From: Strigamia acuminata
Lineage: Eukaryota
DNA: 64,000 nt
Direction of reading: 5' to 3'
NCBI GenBank assembly: GCA_949358305.1
Contig: OX442314.1
Coordinates: forward strand, 11,222,001 to 11,286,000
In this document: positions 1 through 14,900 of the stretch, one piece after another
Numbering within the stretch: the stretch's first letter is position 1
How the letters are laid out: each line of letters begins with the position of its first letter
Program-made: the position numbers and the translations under genes
Notes under the pieces: generated by a model
The model's input: the letters and a program-made list of their open reading frames with translations, nothing else
Told to the model about the DNA's origin: nothing
The model's database searches: none

Positions 1-373
1 CATTATACAAATCAACATGAAATCTATAAACAAAAAATAAAAAAATATAAATGTCGTACATTTGAAATAATAAATCAAAATAAATCGAAATAAGTTGAAA
101 TAAATATTTTTCCTTAATATTTTAAAAAGGCAATTTTTTTAACCGTGTTAAATCAAAAGAAATCACGTAAAAACGGGAATTGAATTTATTTTTCTAGACA
201 CTACCGGTAGCTGCATTCAAAAACTAAAATATTTTGTGTTTTACTTCAATTTTAAATATAAAATGACATCATTTCCTGTTTAAACCCATGTTAAAACTTA
301 AAATACACTTAAACTAAAATTTTTATTTTAATTTTTGTATGCAGTGTTAAATAAAAATAAAAATCGTGTGTAC

Positions 374-1621
374 CGCTCGGGAAACGACTTCGGACTGCCG
401 AGAATCGTGATCACTTTTCCGGGCCCCATCCAGCCGCGGATTGGATACTCGAAAGGTAATGCCTACATAAGATTGAATGTTTTATTTTATTTTACTTTAT
501 TTTATTTTTTAATTTTATTTTTTAGACCGGGAAATTGACAGGTGGTGGTCCGACGGTTTGTGCGCTGTGCAAGAGCACTTTATCGATCATGACATCACCG
601 ACGATCTGCAGGGTGTTTATGTCTTGAAATGGCAAGCGATGTGCATACCCGCAGAAATGCTGTCCATTTATAGCGATCTGAAGTGATTTGAAACGAAAAG
701 AAAAAAAAAAGAAAATGTTAGGAATTTGACTCGTGGGCTGGTCGCTGCCCCCAACTTTCCTGCCGAGCACTGATGGCAAAAATTAAAATAATTTATTACA
801 CCACAAAAATGGCGTGGAAGGAGAAATTTAATTTGTGAAAATTGAGTAAAATACCAATTAAAAATAACAAAAAAAACCGGAAATCTAAATTAAACTCAAC
901 TCCAAGGTCCCAAATCAAACAAAATCTAATGGAAACAGCATGTGGACAGCTGCCGTTCTCTAAACTACTTATTAGATCGATTTAAGGATTTTCTGCTCCA
1001 ATTTAATAAGAAAGAATCTCGCCCTAGCTGAGATTCGATCGTTTTAAAGTTGATGTAATAGCCCTAATGGGAGTGTTGATCCAACCCAAGCACAAGGCTA
1101 TCCCATAGCGTATAATTTAAGCGGTATACAAATTTATATTTACCTTGAATTCATTCGGTTCCACGAGAAACATCAATTGAAATGGACGGTCTCTCACTAT
1201 GGTCATAATTCCCGTATTTTCTTCATGTCCCCAACCGGTCGAAGGTGTGTAGGTGTTTCTGCATATTTCATTCCCGTTAAAACGAGGGTTAAAATGAAGC
1301 GCTGTTGGTGAGCGGTTCTGGTCGTCAAAATTCGGTCCAGAAGCAAAATTAATTTGAATTCTGGTTTCAAAAATAGAAATTATTAAGATTACACTACGAA
1401 AGAATCTTCTCCATATCTTCTACTACACCGTTCAGCATTATTCGGTACAAATCCCTCTATTGTAATGATGCATCCTGGCTGCAGACCTGATTCAAGGCTG
1501 TCAACAAATGGAATTGCCTATAAATAAATAAATAAATAAAGGTATTGATTAAATGTTTTCCAGGTGTTGTAGAGCTTTAAAATGTAGTTACTGGTTGGAT
1601 AACTGGCTGAAAAGGTCGCAT
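374..1621 (-). CDS. Tandem-repeat galectin (multi-exon; 3' part lies beyond the left window edge)
   Basis: Spliced minus-strand exons ~1592-1621 (MRPFQPVIQP), ~1428-1518 (AIPFVDSLESGLQPGCIITIEG), ~1144-1361 (ALHFNPRFNGNEICRNT...GWGHEEN), 528-677 (IAINGQHFCGYAHRLPF...LQIVGDV) and 374-462 (ALPFEYPIRGWMGPGKVITILG, start of a second CRD). HFNPRF and WGxEE are galectin signature motifs. Confidence 0.88.
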
Positions 1622-2901
1622 TTTTGTTGTAGTTGAAGGTTTTAAAGGGACACACCCAACTATGTGCAAATCAAGAATGCAGCAGTTAAAGTGTTAACTT
1701 GGATCTGGTAGACGTTGTTGATGGCTTTCAGCTAGTCATTCCACTGGAAGAACCAATGGAAAATGTACCTAAAATTATCTGCTGACTTGTACTGGCACTC
1801 AGCCAGTCTGAACATTTTTATTTTTTTATTTCATTCTCTCTTTTTAAAGACCTTGACCATATATTTCTAACCAGACAATAGAATTGAATGAATTTATTTA
1901 CATTTTAACTTTTTTTTTCAAATGGGTCTTATTGATTTGTTAAAAAAAAATTAAAGTTGCTTTAATTGATGTAAATTTTCAACTGATGTTATGTAATGTG
2001 AATTTAAATAAATTTTTTTACAAGGTCAAAGTGATTGATCATTTTCGTATCAAATTGTTATGAATTATTTTATATAAGCTCGTTAAACTTATCCCACGCT
2101 TTATTAAAATTAAAAGAATTGAATTTATATTTTATTGAGCTATATATTTCAGATGACAAATGTGAGATTTTATTTAATTTTCGTCTGCTATAATTCCAGA
2201 CAAACTCCATTTTCAGAGCGTCGTTGGTCGGTCTTCACATTGCTGCACTCTAGTGGCAATGTATTAAATTTGGCGCATGCGTCGCTTAACCGTTAGTAAC
2301 ATTTTAAATGCTTGTGTGTTTGTTTCATGTGCGAGCCGCTCTTGTTTTTTATTTTCTAACAGGCAAGTATTCAATTAACTTTCTTAAAACGTTGTTTCGA
2401 AGCAGCAGCTGCTATTTGGAAATGTTATTTCGTATTGTACAATACATAGATCAAAGTTGTTAATGTTATATTCCCGTGAGGTGACGTGAGGTGCGAGAGA
2501 TAACCAGAATCGAAATCGTTCAAAATGCTGACGCTGTTGTTATTGATAATATTAACAGAAGTTTCCTATTGTGCATAATAACTCAAGTTTTTTCTAAAAA
2601 AAAAAAAAAGAAAAAAAATAGGAGGAAGTTCGGCCGTTAAATTGAAATTAGTGATACGAGTGAATATAAAATGGGAATTTACTGCGAAATAATTTAATCG
2701 ATTAATGTTTACCGAGAATCAGATAAAAATGATAAAATCAACTCAAATATTTATATTTTTAAAAAATAATTTTTATAAATTTGTACTTTTCAGTTTTCCT
2801 GTTCGTGAGTCATCAACTGTCGCCGTGTCTTTTATTTTCACCATCTTGAGGATGTTCATTGGTTTTAGGATTAACAAATTGGAAGCAAAATTCAACACGT
2901 G

Positions 2902-5900
2902 ATGGCTGCAACAACATCGACGAATAATTTGTTTAATGGACAACAAGGGTTAATGCAAATGAATTTTACCATGCCAACTAATATCAAAAACTGGGGATCC
3001 TCTTTTAATCCGAAGAAAGTTGCCCGTTATTCGTCGCTCAAACGAGGAAAAGAGGAAGTTCCACTCGGAGAACGAGTACGTGTTGATTTTAAGTTATAAA
3101 AGTCAAAATTTATTCAAATTTAAACAGGTGTTTTGGTTTATATCACTACAGTTCGCGCCCGGTATCTTGATGCTAAATTCATACTGTGCATTCGTCGCAG
3201 ACGATTTTCTAATTCCAGTTGTTATTTAACAGTATTAAGCCTATTATTAGGCCTAATAATGCTAAAATAATTTTTTTGGTATTACGCTGTAAATTACTTT
3301 TAATGATGAGTTTATTCTTGTTTACGGAGTATTTACTTTATTTTAGCATTATTAGACCTAATATTAGGCTTAATACTGCTTAATAACAACTGGAATTAGA
3401 AAATCGTCTGCGCAGAATGGGATGCGCAGAATGGATTTAGCATCAATATACCAGGCGAGAACTGTAGGTGCATTTCTCAGGTTTCATAGAGAAAAGCTGT
3501 TTAAATACGTTGTTTAAAATGCTGTTTAGTTTAAATTACTGTATTTCTTCGATTCTAAAACACCATCGATGAAACACCCTGTTTTTAGAGATGTTTAAAT
3601 GGGGAAAAAAGTGAGTCTTGGAATTGAAGAAATATATGGCTGCGCCTACTGATAAATTGCATGAGTTTATGTAAATAAGTTCTGGCTGTTGTTTTGTTTT
3701 GTTTTGAGAAGGTCAAATGTATTTTTCTCCGCTAGAACGGTCAACGATATTTGCAAATCCATAAATATTAATTTATTTTATCGATAAAAAAAATGCAAAA
3801 TTATATTTATTTTATGAAATTTTTTATTCTTTATTTTTTCACGGTTCAAGCAACTTGTCCTCCCTATTCTTCTCCATCAATCATTACATATATTAATACT
3901 AATTATTTTGATGAAAAATTTCTATTGTAACCTTGAATACCATTTCAAGGATGATGTCACGGTAAACTACGTGTTTTGAACATGAATTTGAACTGGATCA
4001 AACTCGCTTTAAAAAAAAAAAAAAAAAAGGTGACCAAAACAAGTACGGAATTTGGTCCAGTTTGTTCTGCTCTCGGCGTCTTTTCGAACCTTAAATTCAA
4101 ACTAGTAGCCAATGACCTGATTTACGAGGTAAATTGATATACATCGTAATTAATCCTCCCATTTTAATATCCTATTCTAAACCTTTATCATTAGTATTTC
4201 AGACGTGCAATTAATTCATTGGGATTTTTCATTTTGAATGAAATGAATCACGAATAATGACTCAGTTTTGGCACAACTTGTATTTGATTATTATTATTAT
4301 CATATATTCAAAGTTTACCAAAAAAGGTTGAAAAAAACATGTTGTAATAGGCCAAACCCACACAATCTGGGTCTGGTTCTTGTGTCTTTGTCTGTGCACT
4401 TGGACAATGGAAGAAATTCTAATTCTTCGCCACCTGAGTTGCCCACGTTGGAAGCAATGTCATAACTCGAGCTTAATGTATATTTAGCGAGTGAAATTGA
4501 TCTTTTTTTTATGTAATATGGTAAACTAAGTGTTGGTTTACCAATGTCAGGCAGTGGAAATTGGGAAATTGGGTTTGCGAAGTGTTGAATGCGCTTTTTG
4601 CTGTGGAGTTCTTTGTCCCTTTGATATAGTTTGTTATTTACTTCTGGCATTATTTATTTCCCCCTAGATTTTTTTTTTATTATTTGCACCTTTTTGTACA
4701 AAGGTGTGGCAAATCAGATATAAAATTGCATTTATTTCATCCGGTTGATTCCATTCTGACGAATTTCAACTGGGAAATGAACTAGGGAGGATGGACACAC
4801 AATTTCTACCAAAATCTTTTTTATGTTTCCTGCTTGCTCTTGTTCATTGCATTCTAAATAGCTGGTTTAAATTTTGAAAGTATAAAAAAATAGATTTTAA
4901 TTATTTTAATTGTTTTTTTTTGTTTTGTTTTGAAGTGAGGCGTTTGGGATGTGAATTTTTAAATAATTTAGTGGTTGTTACATCCGTTTGTAAATTCGCC
5001 TCATTTTGTAATTAATTATTTAGAAGAAAAAAGAAATTATAAAATAATTTTTTTGTTTTTGTGGAGTTAAATTGATGGTTTCTGTGTGTTGTTTTCATAA
5101 TTTCCTCATTTGGTTGAGGTAATATTCGTGCAGATGTTTACTTTACTGCTAACAGGTTTATTATTGCTGTTGTTTATTTGAGTGCTGGAGAGTTTTACTG
5201 TTTTTACTTGTTAAATTTAATTTTGTTTTCACGCTTTTTTTTTCTGATTTGACTTGTGTGTGGGAAATTATATTACTTATTGGTTTCATTGTGTGAAATA
5301 GGTCAGTTTTAGAGATGAACAAAGCGGAGAGAATTTGGAAAGATGTAATTTAGGTCTCAATATTTGACTTGTTGTGAATGTGGGTAAAGTGAATGTTTCA
5401 TTTATTGTTAGTGTTGCACTTCCAGTGGAACTGACACAAATCTGATGAAAAGTAAACACATCAAAACTACTTCCTCGTTAGTTTAAAAATTTAATTTTTC
5501 TATGCATATATAAGGGAGATAGTTTCCAATGGGCTTCTTGGTCTTTTATTGTCGTCGTTTTGGGAATGGAATTTAAAAGAAAGTGAAATTGGTCCAAAAT
5601 GTCTCAGTAACTTTTCTGCACTTTCCGCTGATAATTTCTTCTTGAATGCAAGCAGAAATATAGGGTGTCCCAAAAATAACGCAAGATTTGAATTAGCCGC
5701 CATTTGTGCAGTAAATTGTTGGCGACCGTGAAACAACAACGATTTGACGGCTGAAAGTTTAGGGTTTTATCTGCCGAAATTGGTTAATATTGATGTGGCC
5801 AATATGTGGTTTCAACAAGACGGTGCCACACGCCATATTGCCATACAACCATGGAAACAATTCAATTACTGCATGAGACATCACCGGTTTCGGTGATCAG

Positions 5901-8900
5901 AATTGGCCCCTTTTTCTTGCACCGTCTTGTTGAAACTACATATTGGCCACATCAATATAATCCAATTTCGGCAGATAAAACCCTAAACTTTCAGCTGTCA
6001 AATCGTTGTTGTTTCAGGGTCGCCAACAATTTACTGCACAAATGGCGGCTAATTCAAATCTTGCATTATTTTTGGGACACCCTTTATAAGCACAAGGTGC
6101 AGAAAGGGTAAATAGATATATGAAATGCCAAAATTCATAATAAAATCATATTTGTGTAGAAAACCTGAGTTTTGAAATAGTCAAATATCGAGCCGACGTT
6201 TGGAACTAATTTTGTGCCAATCAAAAGAAATTTTAACACTTTGATATTGGGCCAATAAACATAGTCAATATAATGCTACCTGTTATTTCTTCATGTGATG
6301 ACGTGAAATAGTTATTTTTTGGCTTGGGATTTCTCTCATTAATAAATGCACCTTGGAATAGGTAATTTGTACAAAACAAATAGAATTAGAATTAGAATAC
6401 CCCTAAATTATGTCACTCATCATTACTGAAGTTGTATTCATAGACTATAATAATTACTATTATCATGCTTGTTTATAATAAATTGGTAGCTGGAGGAATA
6501 ATTTTGCTGGCTAGTTATGGCTGACATTTTTCTTGAATCTTGATTTACCAAGGCCAGTTACTAAGGCTTAAAGCGCTAGTATCAACCAGCATGAGTGATG
6601 CAAATATTGCATCGGCAATGTCTGCTGTCAGGGAAAATAACATGCCATTTTAACTCAACCTGTGTGTGATCCTATAGTCTGGTTCAGTGCCAAAATCAAA
6701 CTGAAAAATTCCTGTTTATACTACAAACCGATACAACGTAGTCCTAAATCCCATTGGTTGAGTCGTATCACTGGTGTAGTCGCACAAAAAAGTAGCCCAC
6801 AACACCTGAATTGTAATCTAACTAGGCAAAACAACCAATAAGAAGAAAACTTTTGTTTACCTGCCAAAAAAACCAATAACCTGTGCTAACTTTTTTTGAT
6901 AGGATAAAAACAAACAAAAAAGCAGATTTATCAAATTAAATAAACATTTTATTACCAATTAAATAAAATCAATCATTCTAATCACTTTTTACACTGAAAT
7001 TCATTTAAAATAAACAGAACTACTTTTCTGCGTAGTAGAGCACAGTTCACAGTTAGGCGTAATTTGGCTCAACCAATGGGAGTTAGGACAACGTTGTATC
7101 GGTTTGGATATAGATGCCTGGTGCCGCGCAGAATGCAAATATTTTTATTGGCAGCATCGTTACCGATATTTCTCTCCCATAGTTTCATGCGCCAACTTTC
7201 ATAAGTTAGGTTATCGGTGATAATGCTGTTGATGTAAATATATGCGCTTGGGATCTATGGACGATAAAAGCGAGATTGCCGCACGTTTAGGATTTTGCTT
7301 GAATAAAATATTTCTATTATTGAAATTGGCCTTAAAATGAAGGAATGGACTTTACACATCTTTCGTCTTAAAAACTGATTATCCGATAGGATAAGCGGGT
7401 TTGCTGGTTGAAATTATTAACTTACGCACATAATATGGTTAAGTTTTTAAGTTTTTGTGGCATGGTTCGGTCAACAAGTGCATGAAATTCACTTTTAGTG
7501 GCATGCCAGTAAAAGCGTGGCTTTACGATGTAGGACAATAAGTGGTAACATTGTGCATGCAATTTGGTTAACGCATTAAACCTAATTTTCACACCGATGA
7601 AACTTGTTGCTTTCTGGATGCTGCACATTGCTGAGCAAAAGGTTGCAGGTGAAAACGTATAATTAGCCTGAATTTTCCTCTTATTGTCAAGCTGAGCATG
7701 TCGAATCGATGTAAAATTTGTGGGTTTTTTTTTGCATCTTACACAGTCGCAATTTGTAAAGAATGAAAAATGTTGCTTTAGTGAACGTGTAGGTCAGGGA
7801 TATAAAGAAATAAGAAAAACAGAATGACTGTCCATTGCTCAACAGGAAGCATTACTTAGCAGAGAGGTCAGCGAATACAAACAATGCATTTGCTTACAGA
7901 TTATTTCATTTATTTCATTTATTTATTTATTTATTTATTAAAATACATGACGGAGTTCATGTTTCGTAATAAACACGATAGTCTTAATTCTAATCTCTGC
8001 TATAAATCAGCTGCAACTGTTCCTTTGTTTTGACACATGTCGGTTTTGTCACTTTTATCACTTTTATCTTAATGGAGATTTAATTATAATTTAAAAAATA
8101 AATAAATTTAATTTTAAAAAGTTTTAAAATTGTAAAATTAAAAAATTAAATTAAATTAAATTAAATTAAATTAAAATTTTAAAATTTTTGGGGTTGGGGA
8201 AAGGGTTTTGTATTTATGGCCGTTTTATCACTTTTGTTTGAAGTTCGCACACCTGTGTTGTGTCCAACGGTCCAACCCACGTGAAGTTGATGTACATTTT
8301 GTGTCTGTTTTTAAACCCTTTTAGAGGCTATGTAGCTCTAGGCATAATGAGCAGGCCTAGCTAAGCAGTCACGCAGTTCAACATCTGCGTTTGTAAAAGG
8401 GAAAGACCAGACGAGGTTTGGATTTGTAATGAATGAGCAACACAGTTTTTCTCTCCGTTTGTGAAAAAAGGAAGGAAGCAAAAATAGGAAAATACGACGA
8501 AAATAGTGATTTTTAATCGTGACATGCTTGGATTTATGGGTTAAAAATGTTTAAAAGTGTTTTGAACGCTGGGAATCACGTGCAGTTGCAATATAGACCG
8601 GTAAGAAAAATTTTAAAATTTAAAAAAAATTTATATTTAGAAAAAAAAAATTATATTTAGAAAAAAAAAATTTTTTTGAATGGATTTTTGGGTTGTAATA
8701 TAAAATATCTGGATGCAAATGAAGGGAAACACATTTAGAGACACCTACTCGATGAATTTTGATGGATTTAGGTGGAGCCTGCATGGGAAACACCTGTGTT
8801 GTCGATTTTAGTATCAACAACCTTGATAGTTGCTGAGTTTAAACTTTTCAAGGGGACGGGAGACACGAACAAATTTTTATATTTATAAAATTCACTTTTC

Positions 8901-11900
8901 CCAATCTTACATAAGATCCTGGAACGACCGTGATCTTCTCTTTTAATTACCATAAAACGATTTTAGAATACGGATCTCCCTACTTAATAAACGAAGATTA
9001 GATTGAAGGTTGTGTCTGATTAAATAAGAAAAGAAGAACAAAAAAATTAAAAAACACACAATTTAATTCAAGGATTCATTTCTTCACATATTGAAATGAA
9101 AACCTTCCATTCTTCCCGGTCCAAGTTTTGAATTTCAATCGAATTGGAGGCCGAATTAAAATTTTTACTTCGTTTTACTCCATAAGAATATCCACGAGGC
9201 GTTTTTAGGTCATTTAAAAACTCACCTTTGACCCCCGAACGTGCACAAACATTGCGACACAATTTTGACCATAAAATCGACTCTAAATAAGGAGTAATTT
9301 TTACGAGTTTGAGTTTGTTTGGTATTTATTTGTTTCTTTTGTTTATTTGTAGGTGAAACTCGAAAGGATCCTCGGCCACACTGTGAGCAGCAATGCAGCG
9401 TTGGACTGTGAACCAAATACGGGATTAATTGTGTATCCGGCAGGGTAAAGAGGAGTTTTGTTTGTTTCTATGTTAATAATGTTATCTGATATTTTTTTGT
9501 TGTTGTTTTTTGTTTGAGAAGAATGTTTGGATGGAAAATGGGTTATTTTTATTGATCGGTGCATCTTAAATCTCGAGTGTCGATCCTTGACAATCGTTTG
9601 ACCCGCGAGAAATATCCTTGCCATCGTGTTGGCCTCGCTCCGGCACATAAGATAAAAGCATGTTTTATATTTGACAGTGAATAGTGAAAAGGGATTGTGG
9701 ATGGTGGTTGTGCGCTCTGTTTTTAGGCCTAAATTGGATGGTGGAATGTTGGAGGTTGGCAATGATGTGATTTGTGCATCCACGCCTTGTTTGATTGCTT
9801 TTTATTGGTTTTTTTTTAATGAGTGGATTGGTGGTTTGTTGTTTGGGTAACGAGGCTTTTAAGGTTGTTTAGGGAGTTGGGGTGGGGAAAGGTAGTGAGT
9901 GAAGGCGTAATTGTATGGTTTTTGGGCGGTGGGTGGGGGTTAATGATGTTGAAGTTTGACGGGTTTTGATGGATGTGTGGTTGATTTTGGAGTAAAATAT
10001 AACTTAGCGGGGGATGGAGGTTTGTGGTTGGAGTGGTTGGAGGTACGGCGCAAAAAAGGAGATTTAAGGGAATTGAGATTTTGAAATTGTGGAAGAGAAT
10101 TTTTTCTAGTTTGTCGATACAAAATTGGCCGAAATTTATAATTTGTCGAAATTTATACAGAATTTGCCGAAATTTATACAGAATTTGTCGAAATTTTTAC
10201 AAAATTTGCAGAAATTTTTACAAAATTTGCAGAAATTTTTACAAAATTTGCAGAAATTTTTACAAAATTTGCAGAAATTTTTACAAAATTTGCAGAAATT
10301 TTTACAAAATTTGCAGAAATTTTTACAAAATTTGCAGAAATTTTTACAAAATTTGCAGAAATTTTTACAAAATTTGCAGAAATGTTACTAAATTTGCCGA
10401 AATTGATACTAAATTTGCTGAAATTTGTCAAATTTTATAAAAAAAAATATTGATCTGCAACAAAAATTTATAAATTTAGATGAATTTCAACAAAAACTTC
10501 TCAATTTTCATTAAATTCAATAAAAAAAAAAAAAATTAAACTTATAAAAACTTTCTCGTAAAACATAAAAATTGATGAAATCCATCACCCATTTCCAGAA
10601 TTTGTCAAAACCATCAAAAATTTATCTATAGTCAATCGAAAACCAAATTCTAAACTATTGACACAAAACTGCAAATGGCACAAACGAAGCGTAACATCGA
10701 GACACAAAATTTATACATTCCGAACTAACAAAAAAAAAAATTCCCATAAGAAGAAACATCAAATTCCGGCCAAAAAATCCATCTTTAATCCACAAAATAA
10801 AAATCTCAAAAATTACCACATTTACACGCAAAACTCCGTGTTAAATTCCCAACAAACGAAACGCACTCGTCATATCTCCCGAAAATATCTCGACAAAAAC
10901 TCGTCGGTGAAAATGAGTGATGTGATGAGGCATGACATCCCGAAACGAACTTAAGTATACGTTGAGTCTTAACTGGTGGGGAAAAAATGCTACTCGGTTA
11001 AGGATGTTGATCCCCGATTCCAGCACAGTATTTATCAACATTTTATGGTATAGGGTACAATCTTGCCGTGTGTTTACACACACAAAAAAATGATAACGAT
11101 GAGAGAGAAATTGAAAAAACATTCTGAGTTTCGTGCTACTTCCTTGTTGTTGTGGCCTTTCTAGTTCCCGTCTGCTCCGCACATTTTTACCTGACCTTTT
11201 ACGTAAAAATTCTCCTCTAGGTGATGCTGTTTTTTTTATTTATCTCGTTTATTGTCCTTGAATTTTTTTTTTTTTGAATTAAAAATTTAGATAATTTATT
11301 TGTTATTATTTTTTATTAAATTTGATAAAGTTGGGAGGAATTAGTTCATTTCCTGTTTTATCTTTAAATTTATAAAGAGGTTTTTTTTTTTTTTTTTTTT
11401 TTATTTTAAAGTTTTTTCGTGAGTGAAAGTTGGAAATATTTTTTTTTTTGTGTGTAATTAAGATTTACCTGTAAAGAATTTTTATCATCCGATTGTGTAA
11501 GTGTAAAATATGGTTGGAGAAATTCCTTTTAGCGAGTGAAAAGGAGTGTGTAAACAGGTTTGTTTGCCAAATGTCAATGAACCTTTAATTTACGCGCACT
11601 AATTACGAAAAAAAATTATGGAAAATCAAATGTTATTAAATTTTTTCGAATTTTCGCATTTTTTTAAAATTTTTTAAAAAAAATTTCGATTTTTTTTCGA
11701 ATTTTTCGAATTTTTTCCATATTTTCCAATTTTATTGCAATTTTTGCCAATTTTTTCAAATTTACAAATTAAACATTGATTTTCTTTGATTTTTCAGATG
11801 TGTTGTCATAATATACAACCCACGCAAGAACAAACAGACCCACATTCTAAACGCCTCGCGAAAAACCATAACCGCACTGGCCATTTCCTTAGATGGACGT

Positions 11901-14900
11901 CACGTAGTCACCGGAGAGGTATTTAGGCTTCTCTACCCTCATTTTCCCAACTCACTTTCATTGACAAAATTTTTTTTTTACAGTGTGGTCATCAACCACA
12001 CGTCCGCGTTTGGGATATTCACGAACGAGTTCAGGTCGCCGAGTTTTCAGGACACAAATTTGGGATTAATTGCGTTGTAAGTGACAACAAAAATAAAAAA
12101 CAATTATTTATTAATTTATTTATGAATTTAAATTAAAAAATAGGCCTTTTCTCCGAATTTAAAATACGTGGTTTCCGTTGGGTCACAACATGACATGATA
12201 GTCAACGTATGGGATTGGCGGAACAACATTAAAGTCGCGTCGAATAAAGTGTCGTCAAAGGTAGAATTGTGCGAAATGAATTCGTCAAGGGCAATTAATA
12301 AATTGTAATAAATTTCCAGGTGAAAGCCGTTTCGTTTTCTGAAGATGGCGGTCATTTTGTAACGGTGGGCAATCGTCATGTCAAGTTTTGGTACCTGGAA
12401 TATTGCAGGTCCACAAAGGTAAATAAAGAATAATTATTGTAATTATGTGGGAGGAGTTTAATCGCTTCATTCAAGTGTCAAAATACATTGTAATGTTTTT
12501 GTCCGTTGTTTTTATTAGTATAAGGAACCGGTGCCGCTCATGGGTCGTTCAGCTATTCTTGGCGAACAGAGGAACAATTATTTCTGCGACGTGGCTTGCG
12601 GTCGCGGCGATGTGGCTGACAGCACTTTTGCCATCACTAAATCGGGGTTACTGTGCGAGTTTAACAGCAGGCGATTACTGGATAAATGGGTGGAATTAAG
12701 AGTGAGGAAAATTGAATTGAATTTCTACATTTTTGGGAATTAATTTTTTTTTTTTGTTTTTTTTTTTTTTAGGCGAATGCCAATTGTTTGAGTGTGGGAT
12801 TGGAGTATGTTTTTATTGGTTGTTCCGATGGAATTGTGCGTTGTTTTAGTCCGTATACTTTGGAATATGTAACCACTTTACCTAGAACTCATTTTCTCGG
12901 TGCTGATATTGCCAAAAGTCTTACAATTGCGTGAGTAATTGATGGAATTGTTTAATTTTTTACGTTTTTTCATGTTTTTTCGTGTATATTATGTCTTTTT
13001 TCATGTTTTTTCTTGTATATTATGTCTTTTCTGCTTTTTTTCCACTTTTTTCCACTTTGTTTCCCACTTTTTTTCACTTTTTTCACTTTTTTTTCCACTT
13101 TTTTCACTTTTTTTTCACTTTTTTTTATTTTTATTTTTTTACATTTCGTGTATTCTTATGTTTTTTTTTTAATATTTCAGGCACATGGGGTCTCATCCCG
13201 CCAGTGCCAAATATCCAGACACAGTTGCCATTACTTTAGACGAAGTTAATCGAAAAGTATATCCGATTTCATTGAATAACCGCGTTTAAATTAATTTTTT
13301 AAATATTTTTTTAGGTCACGTGCATTTATAGTGATCATAGTATGTATGTGTGGGATATCAAAGACATTAGAAAAGTAGGAAAATCTCATTCATTTTTATA
13401 TCATTCGGCAACGATTTGGGGAGTAGAGGTACGATTATTTGGATTTAGTCGAGTTTAAAGTAAAAAGGTAAATTTCTGTTTTTTAAATTTAGATGTATCC
13501 GGAGGATTCGCCCGAATATTTACCACCGGGTAGTTTTGTCACGTGCTCAAGCGACGACACGATCCGAATTTGGAATTTGGATACAAATACGACTTTGACG
13601 TCTCAATTTAAACGAAATGTTTACAGTTCCGTGAGTATTTAAACACGAGAAATTAATTTTTTAAATATTTAAATTCGTTTTTTTTAAATTTAAGGAAATT
13701 TTAAAACTTCTTTACATCGACGAATCATTGGCGCACATCTGCGAAAACGATCGAACATTAACGAATAACGATAAGGGGGAAACGAGTTTCGATGGCCGCA
13801 ATGGAGTGCGGTGTATTCAAATCGCTCCCGACGGCTTGCATTTGGCGTCGGGGGACCGGTCGGGAAATATTAGGTGGAAATTTAATTGAAAAACGGTTAT
13901 TGGTGTTGTTTTATTTTATTTTTTATTTTTTAGGATATACGATCTTCAATACATGCAATTAGTGTTAAAAATTGAAGCGCACGATGCGGAAGTATTATGT
14001 TTAGAATATTCGAAACCCGAACCGAGTAAAATTCGATTTATATTATAATATTTTGATTTTTTTAATTTTTTAAAATTTTTTTTTCTAGATCGGAGATATT
14101 TAGCATCGGCTAGTCGCGATCGTTTAATACACATCTTCGACGTAAATCAGGGTTATAGTTTCATACAGACATTAGACGACCATTCTTCATCAATAACAGC
14201 CGTGAGATTTGTTCAACAATTCGATAATTTCCAATTGATAAGCTGCGGGGCCGACAGATCGATTATTTTTCGCAGCGCGCAGTTTGTAAGCGTTGAAAGT
14301 ATTGAAATTTTAATTTAATTTAATTATTTAATTTTTTATCTCATAGACGCCTAATTTACAATTCACTCGAAGCCATCACATAGTTGTCAAGACGACGCCG
14401 TACGACATGGACATAGATTCGAATTCGAAACAAATTTTTACCGCTTGTCAAGACCGCAATGTTCGAGTATACAATATCAACAATGGGAAACACAGTCGCA
14501 CGTTCAAGGGTTCGCAGAGCGACGACGGAACGCTCATTAAGGTGATAAAATTTTAATTTTAATTGGAAAAAATTGACTAAAATTTAATTTTTGTTTTAGG
14601 TTGTTTTGGATAATTCGCGTTTATACGTCGCCACGAGCTCGACCGACAAAAATTTATCAATCTACGACTATTATTCGGGTGATTGCGTCGCAACTATGTT
14701 TGGACATTCCGAAGTAGTGACGGGATTGCGGTTCACGAACGACGGCAAACAACTGATATCAGTGTCCGGCGATGGGTGCATATTTGTATGGAGATTGCCG
14801 CCCGAAATGACACATTCCATACAGGTGCACAAATCGCAGATGAAAAATATGGGGAAGGCCAAACGGGGCATAGTCAGTGCTAGAAGAAGTGTGTTCGAGA

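Noticed and set aside
10024..10440. ORFs with heptad repeats ([21 protein letters not shown])
   Set aside because: Translation artefacts of a stop-free 21-bp intronic minisatellite
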